Source: a virus (Duplodnaviria; Caudoviricetes). From it: DNA of 29,877 nucleotides. A model generated the notes under the pieces. It made no database searches. It was not told the DNA's origin and saw only the letters and a program-made list of their open reading frames with translations. The stretch spans positions 1 to 29,877 of the IMG/VR virus record IMGVR_UViG_3300020042_009493; one strand, given 5' to 3'. Below are positions 9,835 to 17,710 of this stretch, in pieces. The first letter of the stretch is position 1, and each line of letters starts with the position of its first letter. The translations under genes and the position numbers were made by a program.

Positions 9835-10428
9835 ATGGGAGCTAAAAATACAAGCAAATATACAAGTTACTTTAGACCTGGGCAGGCATTTGGAAAGTAT
9901 ACTATAATGACGGGAGATATAGTTAAAGGTAATAATAATGGAGAATCTAAAGTAGAATGTTTATGTGAGTGTGGAAATATTAATATAGTAAGTTGTCTTA
10001 CCTTAATTAAAGGAGTGTCCAATGGGTGTATGTTATGTACCCATAGTAAAAAAGGAGAAGAACATCCTTCATTTAATGGATATAAAGAAATACCTGGGTC
10101 TTGGTTTAGTAGATACTCAAAAACTAAAAAACAAGAATTTAATATTACCATAGAAGATATATATGAAATGTGGATTAAGCAAGATAAAAAATGTAAACTA
10201 AGCGGATTAAATATTAGTTTTGAAAATACTAATACTAAAAAAACACGACATAGATTTGATCTGGTATGTACTGCCTCATTAGATAGAATTGATTCTAAAA
10301 AAGGATATATATTAAATAACATACAACTAGTCCATAAAGACATAAACATGATTAAAAAAGAATATAACCAGGAGTACTTTATTAAATTATGTAAATTAGT
10401 AACAGACCATATAAATTCATATAAATGA
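9835..10428 (+). CDS. Free-standing HNH/His-Me finger homing endonuclease-like protein
   Basis: N-terminal CLCECG...GCMLC zinc motif, Q..KC.LSG, SLDRIDSKKGY..NNIQLVHKDIN; ATG at 9835 follows TATATTTA (9809-9816). Confidence 0.75.
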   Translation: MGAKNTSKYTSYFRPGQAFGKYTIMTGDIVKGNNNGESKVECLCECGNINIVSCLTLIKGVSNGCMLCTHSKKGEEHPSFNGYKEIPGSWFSRYSKTKKQEFNITIEDIYEMWIKQDKKCKLSGLNISFENTNTKKTRHRFDLVCTASLDRIDSKKGYILNNIQLVHKDINMIKKEYNQEYFIKLCKLVTDHINSYK

Positions 10429-11486
10429 TAAAATTAGTAGATATATTAAATGAAGCTAAACAGGTTGGTCCTTTATATCATTGGACAGATTTTATGGGAA
10501 GTTTAAATATAATTTCTCAAAATTTTCTTAAAGGATATCTTACAGATACTTTTAAACAACCTGCTATTTCGTTTACTCGAGATAAAAATTTTTATAAAGG
10601 AAAAAATAAATTAGCTACTAAACCTGAGATATGTTTTGTTATAGATGGTGATAAATTATCAAATCATTATAAGATTCAACCATTTCAAGATCCCACAATT
10701 AAAAAAGATGAAATGGAAGAAAAAGCAATAACAGAAGGTATTAGAAATTTTTCTCAATATATTACTAAAATTATTATTATTAAAAATAGGTTTAATAGTT
10801 CATCTCAATACTCTCCATCACAAATTGAAGACAAATGGAAAAATGTAGGGGGTGAAGGATATCCTAATTATAAAAAATATATAGAATGGTTAACTAATAA
10901 AGGATTTAATATAGAAACTACTCTAAAAGAATTAAACATCCAACCTAAAACCCCCATTGGAAAAGGAAGTGAACAAACAGCATACCCTTTTAAATCAAAA
11001 CCAGGATATATTATAAAGAAATTTACTTCTGATTCCAAATACTATACTAAAGAAGATTGGACTGAAATTATAAAAATAGCCCAACAACACCCAGAAATAT
11101 TTGCTAAAATTGATAGAGTTGACTTTGATAAAGGATATTTCGTACAAGAAAAATTGGATGAAAAATCACTTACTAAAGACGGCATTGAATTATATAATTA
11201 TCTAAAAGACAATAATATATTATATCGCAACAATCAAGATAAAAATAATTATAGTGGTTTAGATATAATTGGCATACTATATATGGAACCAGATAGAATG
11301 AGTATGTTAGATAACACCCCATGGGAAAAAACATTAAAACCTAAACTTAAACGCTTATTTAATAAATTAAATCAATCTGGATATGGTATTAATGATAATT
11401 ATTTAGGAGATTTTAGATTAACAAATGTTGGGTATGATGAAAATGGAGAAATAAAGATTTTAGATTTTAATTTTGGAGAATTATAA
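10425..11486 (+). CDS. Two-domain protein: ADP-ribosyltransferase-like N domain plus protein-kinase-like C domain
   Basis: N domain LYHWT...ISFTR...EMEE; C domain IGKGSEQTAY, IIKK, FVQEKL, DFRLTNVG, IKILDF. Confidence 0.6.
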   Translation: MIKLVDILNEAKQVGPLYHWTDFMGSLNIISQNFLKGYLTDTFKQPAISFTRDKNFYKGKNKLATKPEICFVIDGDKLSNHYKIQPFQDPTIKKDEMEEKAITEGIRNFSQYITKIIIIKNRFNSSSQYSPSQIEDKWKNVGGEGYPNYKKYIEWLTNKGFNIETTLKELNIQPKTPIGKGSEQTAYPFKSKPGYIIKKFTSDSKYYTKEDWTEIIKIAQQHPEIFAKIDRVDFDKGYFVQEKLDEKSLTKDGIELYNYLKDNNILYRNNQDKNNYSGLDIIGILYMEPDRMSMLDNTPWEKTLKPKLKRLFNKLNQSGYGINDNYLGDFRLTNVGYDENGEIKILDFNFGEL

Positions 11487-11487
11487 T

Positions 11488-11691
11488 ATGAGTGATTTCA
11501 TTAGAAACATTGATTATTATATGGATGGAACAAGGGTAGTGTTTACAGAAAAATGGCTTGTCCAAAGAGGAGAATGCTGTGGATCGAAATGTAGACACTG
11601 CCCCTTCGATCCTCAATACAAAAGAGAAAATGTGGTAGTGGCAGAAGAATTTCTTAACTTAAAAGATAAAGAAGAAAATGGAAACAGATAA
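11488..11691 (+). CDS. Small Cys-rich protein (DUF5522-like)
   Basis: DYY...VFT...RG.CCG..CRHCP motif; ATG at 11488. Confidence 0.7.
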   Translation: MSDFIRNIDYYMDGTRVVFTEKWLVQRGECCGSKCRHCPFDPQYKRENVVVAEEFLNLKDKEENGNR

Positions 11692-11866
11692 AATACACGA
11701 ACGAGTTATAGAAATACAAAATAATATTCAAACATCATCTCCTGAACAACAAACAGCGATGATGACTGAACTAATTAACATGGTTTCTAAAATTGAACAA
11801 TCATTATCAAATATTAAAATAGATATAGACGATATAGAAAATCAAATACAAATAAATGAAGAATAG
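11678..11866 (+). CDS. Hypothetical helical protein
   Basis: 62-aa ORF overlapping both neighbours. Confidence 0.55.
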   Translation: METDKIHERVIEIQNNIQTSSPEQQTAMMTELINMVSKIEQSLSNIKIDIDDIENQIQINEE

Positions 11867-12065
11867 TTTTGAAACATTCGCTGCGCTTATAGGATTAATA
11901 GCAATAGTTATAGTAATATTAGGTTATCCGTTGATGTTGTTGTGGAATTGGTTGATGCCTGTTATATTTGGATTACCTGAAATTACGTTTTGGCAAGCAA
12001 TAGGGTTAAACTTATTATCAACTATCTTATTTAAATCAACAACAACAATAAAAAACAAAGATTAA
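11856..12065 (+). CDS. Small membrane protein
   Basis: Two hydrophobic segments; LWNWLMP.IFGLPEITFWQAIGL. Confidence 0.7.
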   Translation: MKNSFETFAALIGLIAIVIVILGYPLMLLWNWLMPVIFGLPEITFWQAIGLNLLSTILFKSTTTIKNKD

Positions 12066-12066
12066 C

Positions 12067-12534
12067 ATGTTTCAAGCAACAAAACTATTTGATGGTTTCA
12101 GTTGTGTGTTTCGTCAATGGAAAGCAGAAGGAACACACTGCCGTTTTCTCCACGGGTATGGAGTATCATTTAGAGTATGGTTCGAAGGTGAACTAGATGA
12201 AAAAAATTGGGTTTGGGATTTTGGAGGTATGAAACGTGCTAATGGTACTATTGATGGAATGAATCCTAAAGCATGGATGGATTATATGTTTGACCACACT
12301 ACAATCATTGCCGAAGATGATCCAGGAATGGGTGGTTTTAAAACAATGGATCAACTAGGTATAATTCAACTTAGAATTGTCCCTGCTGTTGGAGCAGAGC
12401 AATTTGCTAAATATATTTTTGAGAAACTGAATACGTTCGTTCAAGAAGAAACAAGTGGTAGAGTTAAGGTAGCGAGAGTAGAATTTATGGAACACGCTAA
12501 AAATACTGCTATTTATGAAGAAAAAAGTAACTAA
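12067..12534 (+). CDS. queD: 6-carboxy-5,6,7,8-tetrahydropterin synthase
   Basis: HCRFLHGY, WVWDFG, FDHT, GAE, E...NTA; clustered with queC, queE and folE. Confidence 0.9.
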   Translation: MFQATKLFDGFSCVFRQWKAEGTHCRFLHGYGVSFRVWFEGELDEKNWVWDFGGMKRANGTIDGMNPKAWMDYMFDHTTIIAEDDPGMGGFKTMDQLGIIQLRIVPAVGAEQFAKYIFEKLNTFVQEETSGRVKVARVEFMEHAKNTAIYEEKSN

Positions 12535-12706
12535 GAGTACACCTCAAAAGAAATATGATTTAGTTGCTCCACCTCCATATACTGAAGGTCATTGGGAAGA
12601 TGAATTTGAGTATTGGACAAACTACCAACCAACAAGCAATAATGGAAAGTGGTGGATTACAATTCAGTTAGAAAAATTAAAGAATAAAATAAAAAGTTAT
12701 CAATGA
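12515..12706 (+). CDS. Hypothetical protein
   Basis: 63-aa ORF overlapping queD and the next gene. Confidence 0.5.
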   Translation: MKKKVTKSTPQKKYDLVAPPPYTEGHWEDEFEYWTNYQPTSNNGKWWITIQLEKLKNKIKSYQ

Positions 12707-13491
12707 AAGTATCACATGAGCTACCTCTTAGCTTAATGCATTATGCTTACGAGTGGAATGATTATGACTATTGTCTTCCTCATCTAATTAATGAATCAAT
12801 ACAATATAAATTATTCTTTCAAAAAGCAAAAATAGATAAAAGATTCATTATAATGGATAATGGATTATTTGAAGGAGTAGATCATACAATTGAAGATTTA
12901 CTTGAGAAAATCCATCTAATAAGCCCAAATGTCTTTATTGTTCCTGATGCTTGGAATGATTCAATAACAACCATTCGAAGTGCAAAACACTGGATGATAA
13001 ATTATAGTAAAAAACTTCATGATATAGATATTGAATTAATGGCTGTATGTCAAGGTAAAACTATAGGCGAACTAATGTCTACATACCAAATACTAATTGA
13101 TCTAGGTTATAAACACATTGCCTTCAATCACTCCAGCATTGCTTATTCTACAGAATACCCAGGAATGGATATTTTAAAAGCACAAATGTATGGTAGAATG
13201 GAACTTATTAGAAGACTAGTAGCAAATAATATTATTCGATCTACTTATTATCATCATTTATTAGGTTGTTCCTTACCTCAAGAATTTATGTCTTATGGAG
13301 ATTGGAAGTTTATTAAATCAGTAGATACATCTAATCCTATTTTAGTAGGGGCTGAAGGAATAAGATACACTGATAGTGGAATTAGTTTTAAACCAAAAGA
13401 AAAACTTGCTCATTATTTTAAAAAAGATTTGAGTGGCCAAAAAGAAGATATTATCTTCAATGTAAATAAATTTAAATCGTTTATTAAATAG
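12703..13491 (+). CDS. Divergent TGT-fold protein; candidate DNA 7-deazaguanine transglycosylase (DpdA-like)
   Basis: Ordered TGT-like motifs IMDNG.FE, VPD, AVCQG, HHLLG, SVDTS; located between queD and queC. Confidence 0.6.
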   Translation: MKVSHELPLSLMHYAYEWNDYDYCLPHLINESIQYKLFFQKAKIDKRFIIMDNGLFEGVDHTIEDLLEKIHLISPNVFIVPDAWNDSITTIRSAKHWMINYSKKLHDIDIELMAVCQGKTIGELMSTYQILIDLGYKHIAFNHSSIAYSTEYPGMDILKAQMYGRMELIRRLVANNIIRSTYYHHLLGCSLPQEFMSYGDWKFIKSVDTSNPILVGAEGIRYTDSGISFKPKEKLAHYFKKDLSGQKEDIIFNVNKFKSFIK

Positions 13492-13534
13492 GCTAAACGT
13501 TAAAATACCGCCTAAATTCTAACAATTATTTTAA

Positions 13535-14432
13535 ATGAAAAAACAAGCAGTATTATCACTGTCAGGTGGAATGGATTCATCAACACTACTCCTACACCTC
13601 CTTGCAAACGATTACGATGTAACAGCTTTAGGTTTTGACTATGGTCAAAAACACAAAGTAGAATTAGAACGAGCACAATCACTAGTTGCTTATGTAAATG
13701 AGAAAAATTGTGGCTGTGGTGGAAAAGCAATTTATGGTAAAGTAACTCACCAAATTATCAAGTTAGATGGATTATCTCAATTACTCAATTCATCACTTGT
13801 TGAAGGTGGTGATGACGTTCCTGAAGGACATTACGAACAAGACAACATGAAAGATACTGTTGTTCCTAATCGCAACAAAATCTTCTCCTCACTTATTCAA
13901 GCAGTAGCACTTTCAATTGCAACTAAACCTATTACAGATGATTGTAGTGTAGGCCAAGAAGTAGTTATTGCAATGGGAATCCATGCTGGTGATCATGCTA
14001 TCTATCCTGATTGTAGACAAGAATTTAGAGATGCTGATTTTGAAGCATTTAAAGTTGGAAATTGGGATTCTGATTTAGTATTGATTTATACTCCATACCT
14101 TGAAGTAGATAAATTTGATATTTTAAAAGATGGAGAGTTGGCTTGTCAAAAACTTGGTCTTAACTTTGATGAAGTTTATAAAAACACAAGTACTCTATAA
14201 ACCAATTAAATTATTAATTTACGATAACTTAGGTTTTCAATACGAAGAATGGTTTAGCGACTATAAATCAGCAGCATCAGTAGAGCGTATTGAAGCCTTT
14301 ATTAAATTAGGTCGTCCTGATCCTGTAGCATATGCTGATGAAACAGGACCTGTAGATTGGGAAACAGCAAGAATATATGTAGAGCAAGTATTATCTGAGT
14401 ATGCTAAAGAGCAATTAAATAGTAATCAATAA
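13535..14432 (+). pseudogene. queC: 7-cyano-7-deazaguanine synthase split by a frameshift near 14195 (sequence error, recoding or inactivation)
   Basis: SLSGGMDSS, FDYGQKH, VPNRN, HAGDHAIYPDCR and YTPY lie in the frame ending at TAA 14200. YKP...SVERIEAF..LGRPDP continues in the +1 frame to 14432. Confidence 0.85.
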
Positions 14433-14445
14433 AACCCATATAGTT

Positions 14446-14682
14446 ATGAGTTATCAAACAAAGGTTCGTGCTAATTACATGAACAGAACAGCAAAGCTAG
14501 CTTTTTTTAAAGCTCGCAGACGTACAGGCGATACAACTCGTCTTGCAGAAGAAACCGGCTACTCAACTAGCCACGTATCTAACATGACAAGTGGTACTCG
14601 TAAAGTAACTACTACTGCAGCCAATGCAATGTACATGTTGACTCGTCGTCGTATTAAAAACAGTGAATTAACAACTGCTTAA
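14446..14682 (+). CDS. Small basic helix-turn-helix DNA-binding protein
   Basis: RLAEETGYSTSHVSNMTSG matches a Cro/Xre-type HTH pattern; Arg/Lys-rich. Confidence 0.7.
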   Translation: MSYQTKVRANYMNRTAKLAFFKARRRTGDTTRLAEETGYSTSHVSNMTSGTRKVTTTAANAMYMLTRRRIKNSELTTA

Positions 14683-14692
14683 TACAAACCCT

Positions 14693-14730
14693 AATGTCCT
14701 CCTACTTCGGTAGGGGGACATTTTTATTTT
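14693..14730 (+). terminator. Rho-independent terminator with C(UUCG)G tetraloop
   Basis: 13-bp stem AATGTCCTCCTAC-TTCG-GTAGGGGGACATT (one G-U pair) followed by a T-rich tract. Confidence 0.9.
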
Positions 14731-14736
14731 AGAATT

Positions 14737-14862
14737 ATGATACACATTATAGAACATACATTAGGACTATGTGGTGAAAAACACATTAGCCTCATTGCAG
14801 CAATATCAGAGTGGCAAAATTTAGTCTATATATTCAATTACATAAAAACATGGAGGATTTAA
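14737..14862 (+). CDS. Small hypothetical protein (41 aa, not in the ORF track)
   Basis: MIHIIEHTLGLCGEKH...WRI*; fills the gap between the terminator and the next gene. Confidence 0.55.
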   Translation: MIHIIEHTLGLCGEKHISLIAAISEWQNLVYIFNYIKTWRI

Positions 14863-14865
14863 CCA

Positions 14866-15066
14866 ATGAAGTGTCTTAAAAACGCAAACACAGGAAACAT
14901 TATCAGGGTAGCTGATAAACAAGCAGACCAGATCTCAGGTAGAGAATGGCAATTCGTTTCCAAAACAGAATGGAAATCAGCATCTCGTAAACCAGAACCC
15001 GTAGTAGAAGCTAAAACAGAAGAAACTACTATCTCTGAAAAACAATTAAAACGTAAGAAAAAATGA
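14866..15066 (+). CDS. Small basic hypothetical protein
   Basis: 66 aa; ATGA overlap with queE. Confidence 0.65.
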   Translation: MKCLKNANTGNIIRVADKQADQISGREWQFVSKTEWKSASRKPEPVVEAKTEETTISEKQLKRKKK

Positions 15067-15908
15067 GTAAAATAGATTCAAATAAATTATTAATAAGTTC
15101 TGACTTCTACTCTGTCCAAGGTGAGGGTATCTCCTCTGGAGTACCCTCTTACTTTGTTCGTTTAGGTATTTGTAATCTAACTTGTGGTATGAGTAGACAG
15201 TTTGCTAATAATCTTCTAAAAGAAGCATCATTAGAGGATGGTGAAATATTCATAGGTGATCTTCAAGCTGAAGGTAAGGCAACTTGGACTTGTGACTCTA
15301 CATCTCAATGGCTATGGAGGGGTGTAGATCAAGAATTTGATTATTTGATTAATCGTTGGAAAGATGAAGGTGTATATGATGATATCTTAAAAGGAGATAT
15401 TCATGTTATTTGGACAGGCGGAGAGCCTACAATTAAAGGACATCAACAATCAATTGTTAATTTTACTAATCATTGGGTAAGTAGACATGTTAATACAGTG
15501 TATGAAACTTATAACCCATACTATGAAATTGAAACTAACGGTACTATAGTAATTAATGAACCTCTATTTAATTGTCTAGACCAAATCAATTGCTCACCTA
15601 AACTATCTAATTCAGGTTTAGATGTTAAACAGCGCATTAATGAAGCCGCTATCAGGCGAGTAATGGAACATAAAAATTATCAATTTAAATTCGTAATCAG
15701 CAATGAAGAAGACGTATTGGAACTTTTTAGGGACTTTGTCGTACCATTTAGCATACCTCTTAAGAATGTAGTTTGTATGCCAGGATTAGATGATGTAGCT
15801 AATTTTGAAGAACGTACTCAATTCGTTCTTGAAATGGCTAAAAAATACAGATTTAGAGGATTAACTAGATTACATATAGCGGCTTGGAATAAAACATTAA
15901 ATGTATAA
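15063..15908 (+). CDS. queE: 7-carboxy-7-deazaguanine synthase (radical SAM)
   Basis: FYSVQGEG, FVRLGICNLTC...WTCDS, TGGEP, IETNG, SPKL, KFVI, RLH. Confidence 0.9.
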   Translation: MSKIDSNKLLISSDFYSVQGEGISSGVPSYFVRLGICNLTCGMSRQFANNLLKEASLEDGEIFIGDLQAEGKATWTCDSTSQWLWRGVDQEFDYLINRWKDEGVYDDILKGDIHVIWTGGEPTIKGHQQSIVNFTNHWVSRHVNTVYETYNPYYEIETNGTIVINEPLFNCLDQINCSPKLSNSGLDVKQRINEAAIRRVMEHKNYQFKFVISNEEDVLELFRDFVVPFSIPLKNVVCMPGLDDVANFEERTQFVLEMAKKYRFRGLTRLHIAAWNKTLNV

Positions 15909-15918
15909 AATAAAGAAT

Positions 15919-16554
15919 ATGGAATTATTAAAAAAATCAAATGGCAATTTGCCTCGTACACAAGAAGAGATAGAGTATATGATATTAAAAGCATCTGAGG
16001 CATATGCTGATTTCCTTAATGCAGTTGGTTTTGATTATAAAGCAGACAGACAAACAGTAGATACACCTCGTCGTGTAGCTAAAGCATGGCTTAAAGATCT
16101 AATTGTAGGTAGTGTTACTGACGAACCAAATATTACAGTATTCCCTAATGATGATCACTATGATGGATTAGTAATCCAATCAGGTATTCCTATCGTTAGT
16201 ATGTGTGCTCATCACAATCTAGCATTTACAGGTTATGCTACTGTAGCATATGTTCCTGCTGAAAACGTTATTGGATTAAGTAAATTAAATAGAATTGTTG
16301 AATGGTTCTCTCGCAGACCACAAATGCAAGAATCATTAACACAACAAATCCACGATTATATTGCTGATAAAATGATTTGTGGTTCAGTAGCAGTTAGTAT
16401 TGCTTGTAAACACACTTGCTGCTCACATAGAGGTATTAAACATCCATCTGTAATGACTACAAATAAATTTAGTGGTGTGTTTATGGAAAAGGATAATTTA
16501 ATTCGTGAGGAATTCCTCCACGCGATTGAAGTAAATGGAGCTAAATTTAGATAA
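15919..16554 (+). CDS. folE: GTP cyclohydrolase I
   Basis: DTPRRVAK, SMCAHH, GLSKLNR, RRPQMQE, HTCCSHRG; alternative start at 15901. Confidence 0.93.
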   Translation: MELLKKSNGNLPRTQEEIEYMILKASEAYADFLNAVGFDYKADRQTVDTPRRVAKAWLKDLIVGSVTDEPNITVFPNDDHYDGLVIQSGIPIVSMCAHHNLAFTGYATVAYVPAENVIGLSKLNRIVEWFSRRPQMQESLTQQIHDYIADKMICGSVAVSIACKHTCCSHRGIKHPSVMTTNKFSGVFMEKDNLIREEFLHAIEVNGAKFR

Positions 16555-16970
16555 TGGAAAAAGTGTATTTACATTGGGGCATTATTGAAGTCGCTACCAC
16601 TAGGTTAGCTCATGATATAAGGGAAAGTAAAATCAAATTTTCCTCTATATATGGCTTACCTCGTGGTGGTTTAGTCCCTGCAGTAATATTATCTCATAAA
16701 TTAAACATCCCCTATCAAAAAGATGATATTGATTATGAAGATGGAAATATGCTATTAATAGATGATATTTGTGATACTGGAGAAACACTACATCCATATG
16801 TTGGATATCCCCAAATTTATACAGCTACACTTCATTATAAAAAATCAGCTATGATTCAACCATCATTTTGGTGGAAAGAAGTAACTGATAATGAATGGAT
16901 AGTATATCCATGGGAACAGAAAGATTCAAAAACAATTCAAGATTATAAAAATGCAGCAAAAGGAGAGTAA
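16554..16970 (+). CDS. Type I purine phosphoribosyltransferase (Gpt-like)
   Basis: GLPRGGL, PRPP loop LLIDDICDTGET, WIVYPWE. Confidence 0.85.
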   Translation: MEKVYLHWGIIEVATTRLAHDIRESKIKFSSIYGLPRGGLVPAVILSHKLNIPYQKDDIDYEDGNMLLIDDICDTGETLHPYVGYPQIYTATLHYKKSAMIQPSFWWKEVTDNEWIVYPWEQKDSKTIQDYKNAAKGE

Positions 16971-17121
16971 AACAAATTGGCATTTCCAAATCAGTTTAGT
17001 TAAGTCTATAATAAGGATATTTGCTGGATTAGCATTACTATATGCTGATCAGTGGTATTTTAATGCTGCTGGAGGTTTATTGATTGGAGCTGAAATACTT
17101 GGAATATTAGAAGAACTTTAA
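16951..17121 (+). CDS. Small membrane protein (56 aa, not in the ORF track)
   Basis: MQQKESKTNWHFQISLVKSIIRIFAGLALL...AEILGILEEL*; two hydrophobic segments. Confidence 0.6.
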   Translation: MQQKESKTNWHFQISLVKSIIRIFAGLALLYADQWYFNAAGGLLIGAEILGILEEL

Positions 17122-17129
17122 TACATTTA
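17098..17129 (+). promoter_or_regulatory. Putative promoter for the dUTPase/dCTP deaminase gene
   Basis: CTTG(17098-17101)-N20-TACATTTA(17122-17129). Confidence 0.45.
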
Positions 17130-17133
17130 ATAT

Positions 17134-17670
17134 ATGTTAAACGCAAAACAAATTATAGATGAAGGTTTACTCCTTCTAGAATATACACAAGGTAAACCAG
17201 CACAAGTTGGATACGATATTACCTTAAAAGCAGTACAGAAAATAGGTAATAGAATTGGAGGTGGTGCTTATAATTTAAACAACGGTGGGAAGATAGGTAA
17301 AGTATTGAAAGATAAAACCGAACTTACTACCTACACCCCAATTGATTCTATTAACTTAGATGGAGTAAAAGGATGGTTACTATATGAAGGTGTATATGAT
17401 ATTACATTTAATGAAGGATGTAATATACCAGACAATCGAGTAGCATTTATTAAACAACGCTCATCTCTCTATCGCAATGGTGCTATAATTAACAGTCCTG
17501 TATTTGATCCCGGTTTTAAAACCGATAATATGGGTACATTACTTTATGTATTTGAACCTCTATTCATTGAAATCAATGCTCGTGTAGCTCAAATATACTT
17601 CCATGAATGTGTCTCCGCTGAAATGTACGATGGACAGTGGCAGGGGGATAAACAGAGAAGTTCATTATAA
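17134..17670 (+). CDS. Trimeric dUTPase / dCTP deaminase family protein
   Basis: GYDITL, RSSL.R.G, VFDPGF, RVAQIYF, YDGQWQG. Confidence 0.85.
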   Translation: MLNAKQIIDEGLLLLEYTQGKPAQVGYDITLKAVQKIGNRIGGGAYNLNNGGKIGKVLKDKTELTTYTPIDSINLDGVKGWLLYEGVYDITFNEGCNIPDNRVAFIKQRSSLYRNGAIINSPVFDPGFKTDNMGTLLYVFEPLFIEINARVAQIYFHECVSAEMYDGQWQGDKQRSSL

Positions 17671-17675
17671 ATAAA

Positions 17676-17707
17676 ATGGGGGTGTCAAAACCCCCATCTT
17701 ACATTTA
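17676..17707 (+). promoter_or_regulatory. Hairpin plus -7-like box upstream of polB (terminator and/or promoter)
   Basis: ATGGGGGT-GTCAAA-ACCCCCAT (17676-17697), then TACATTTA (17700-17707). Confidence 0.55.
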
Positions 17708-17710
17708 AGT

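Noticed and set aside
14130-14432. 100-aa ORF as an independent gene
   Set aside because: Its first ~22 codons overlap queC out of frame and the remainder is the QueC C-terminus.
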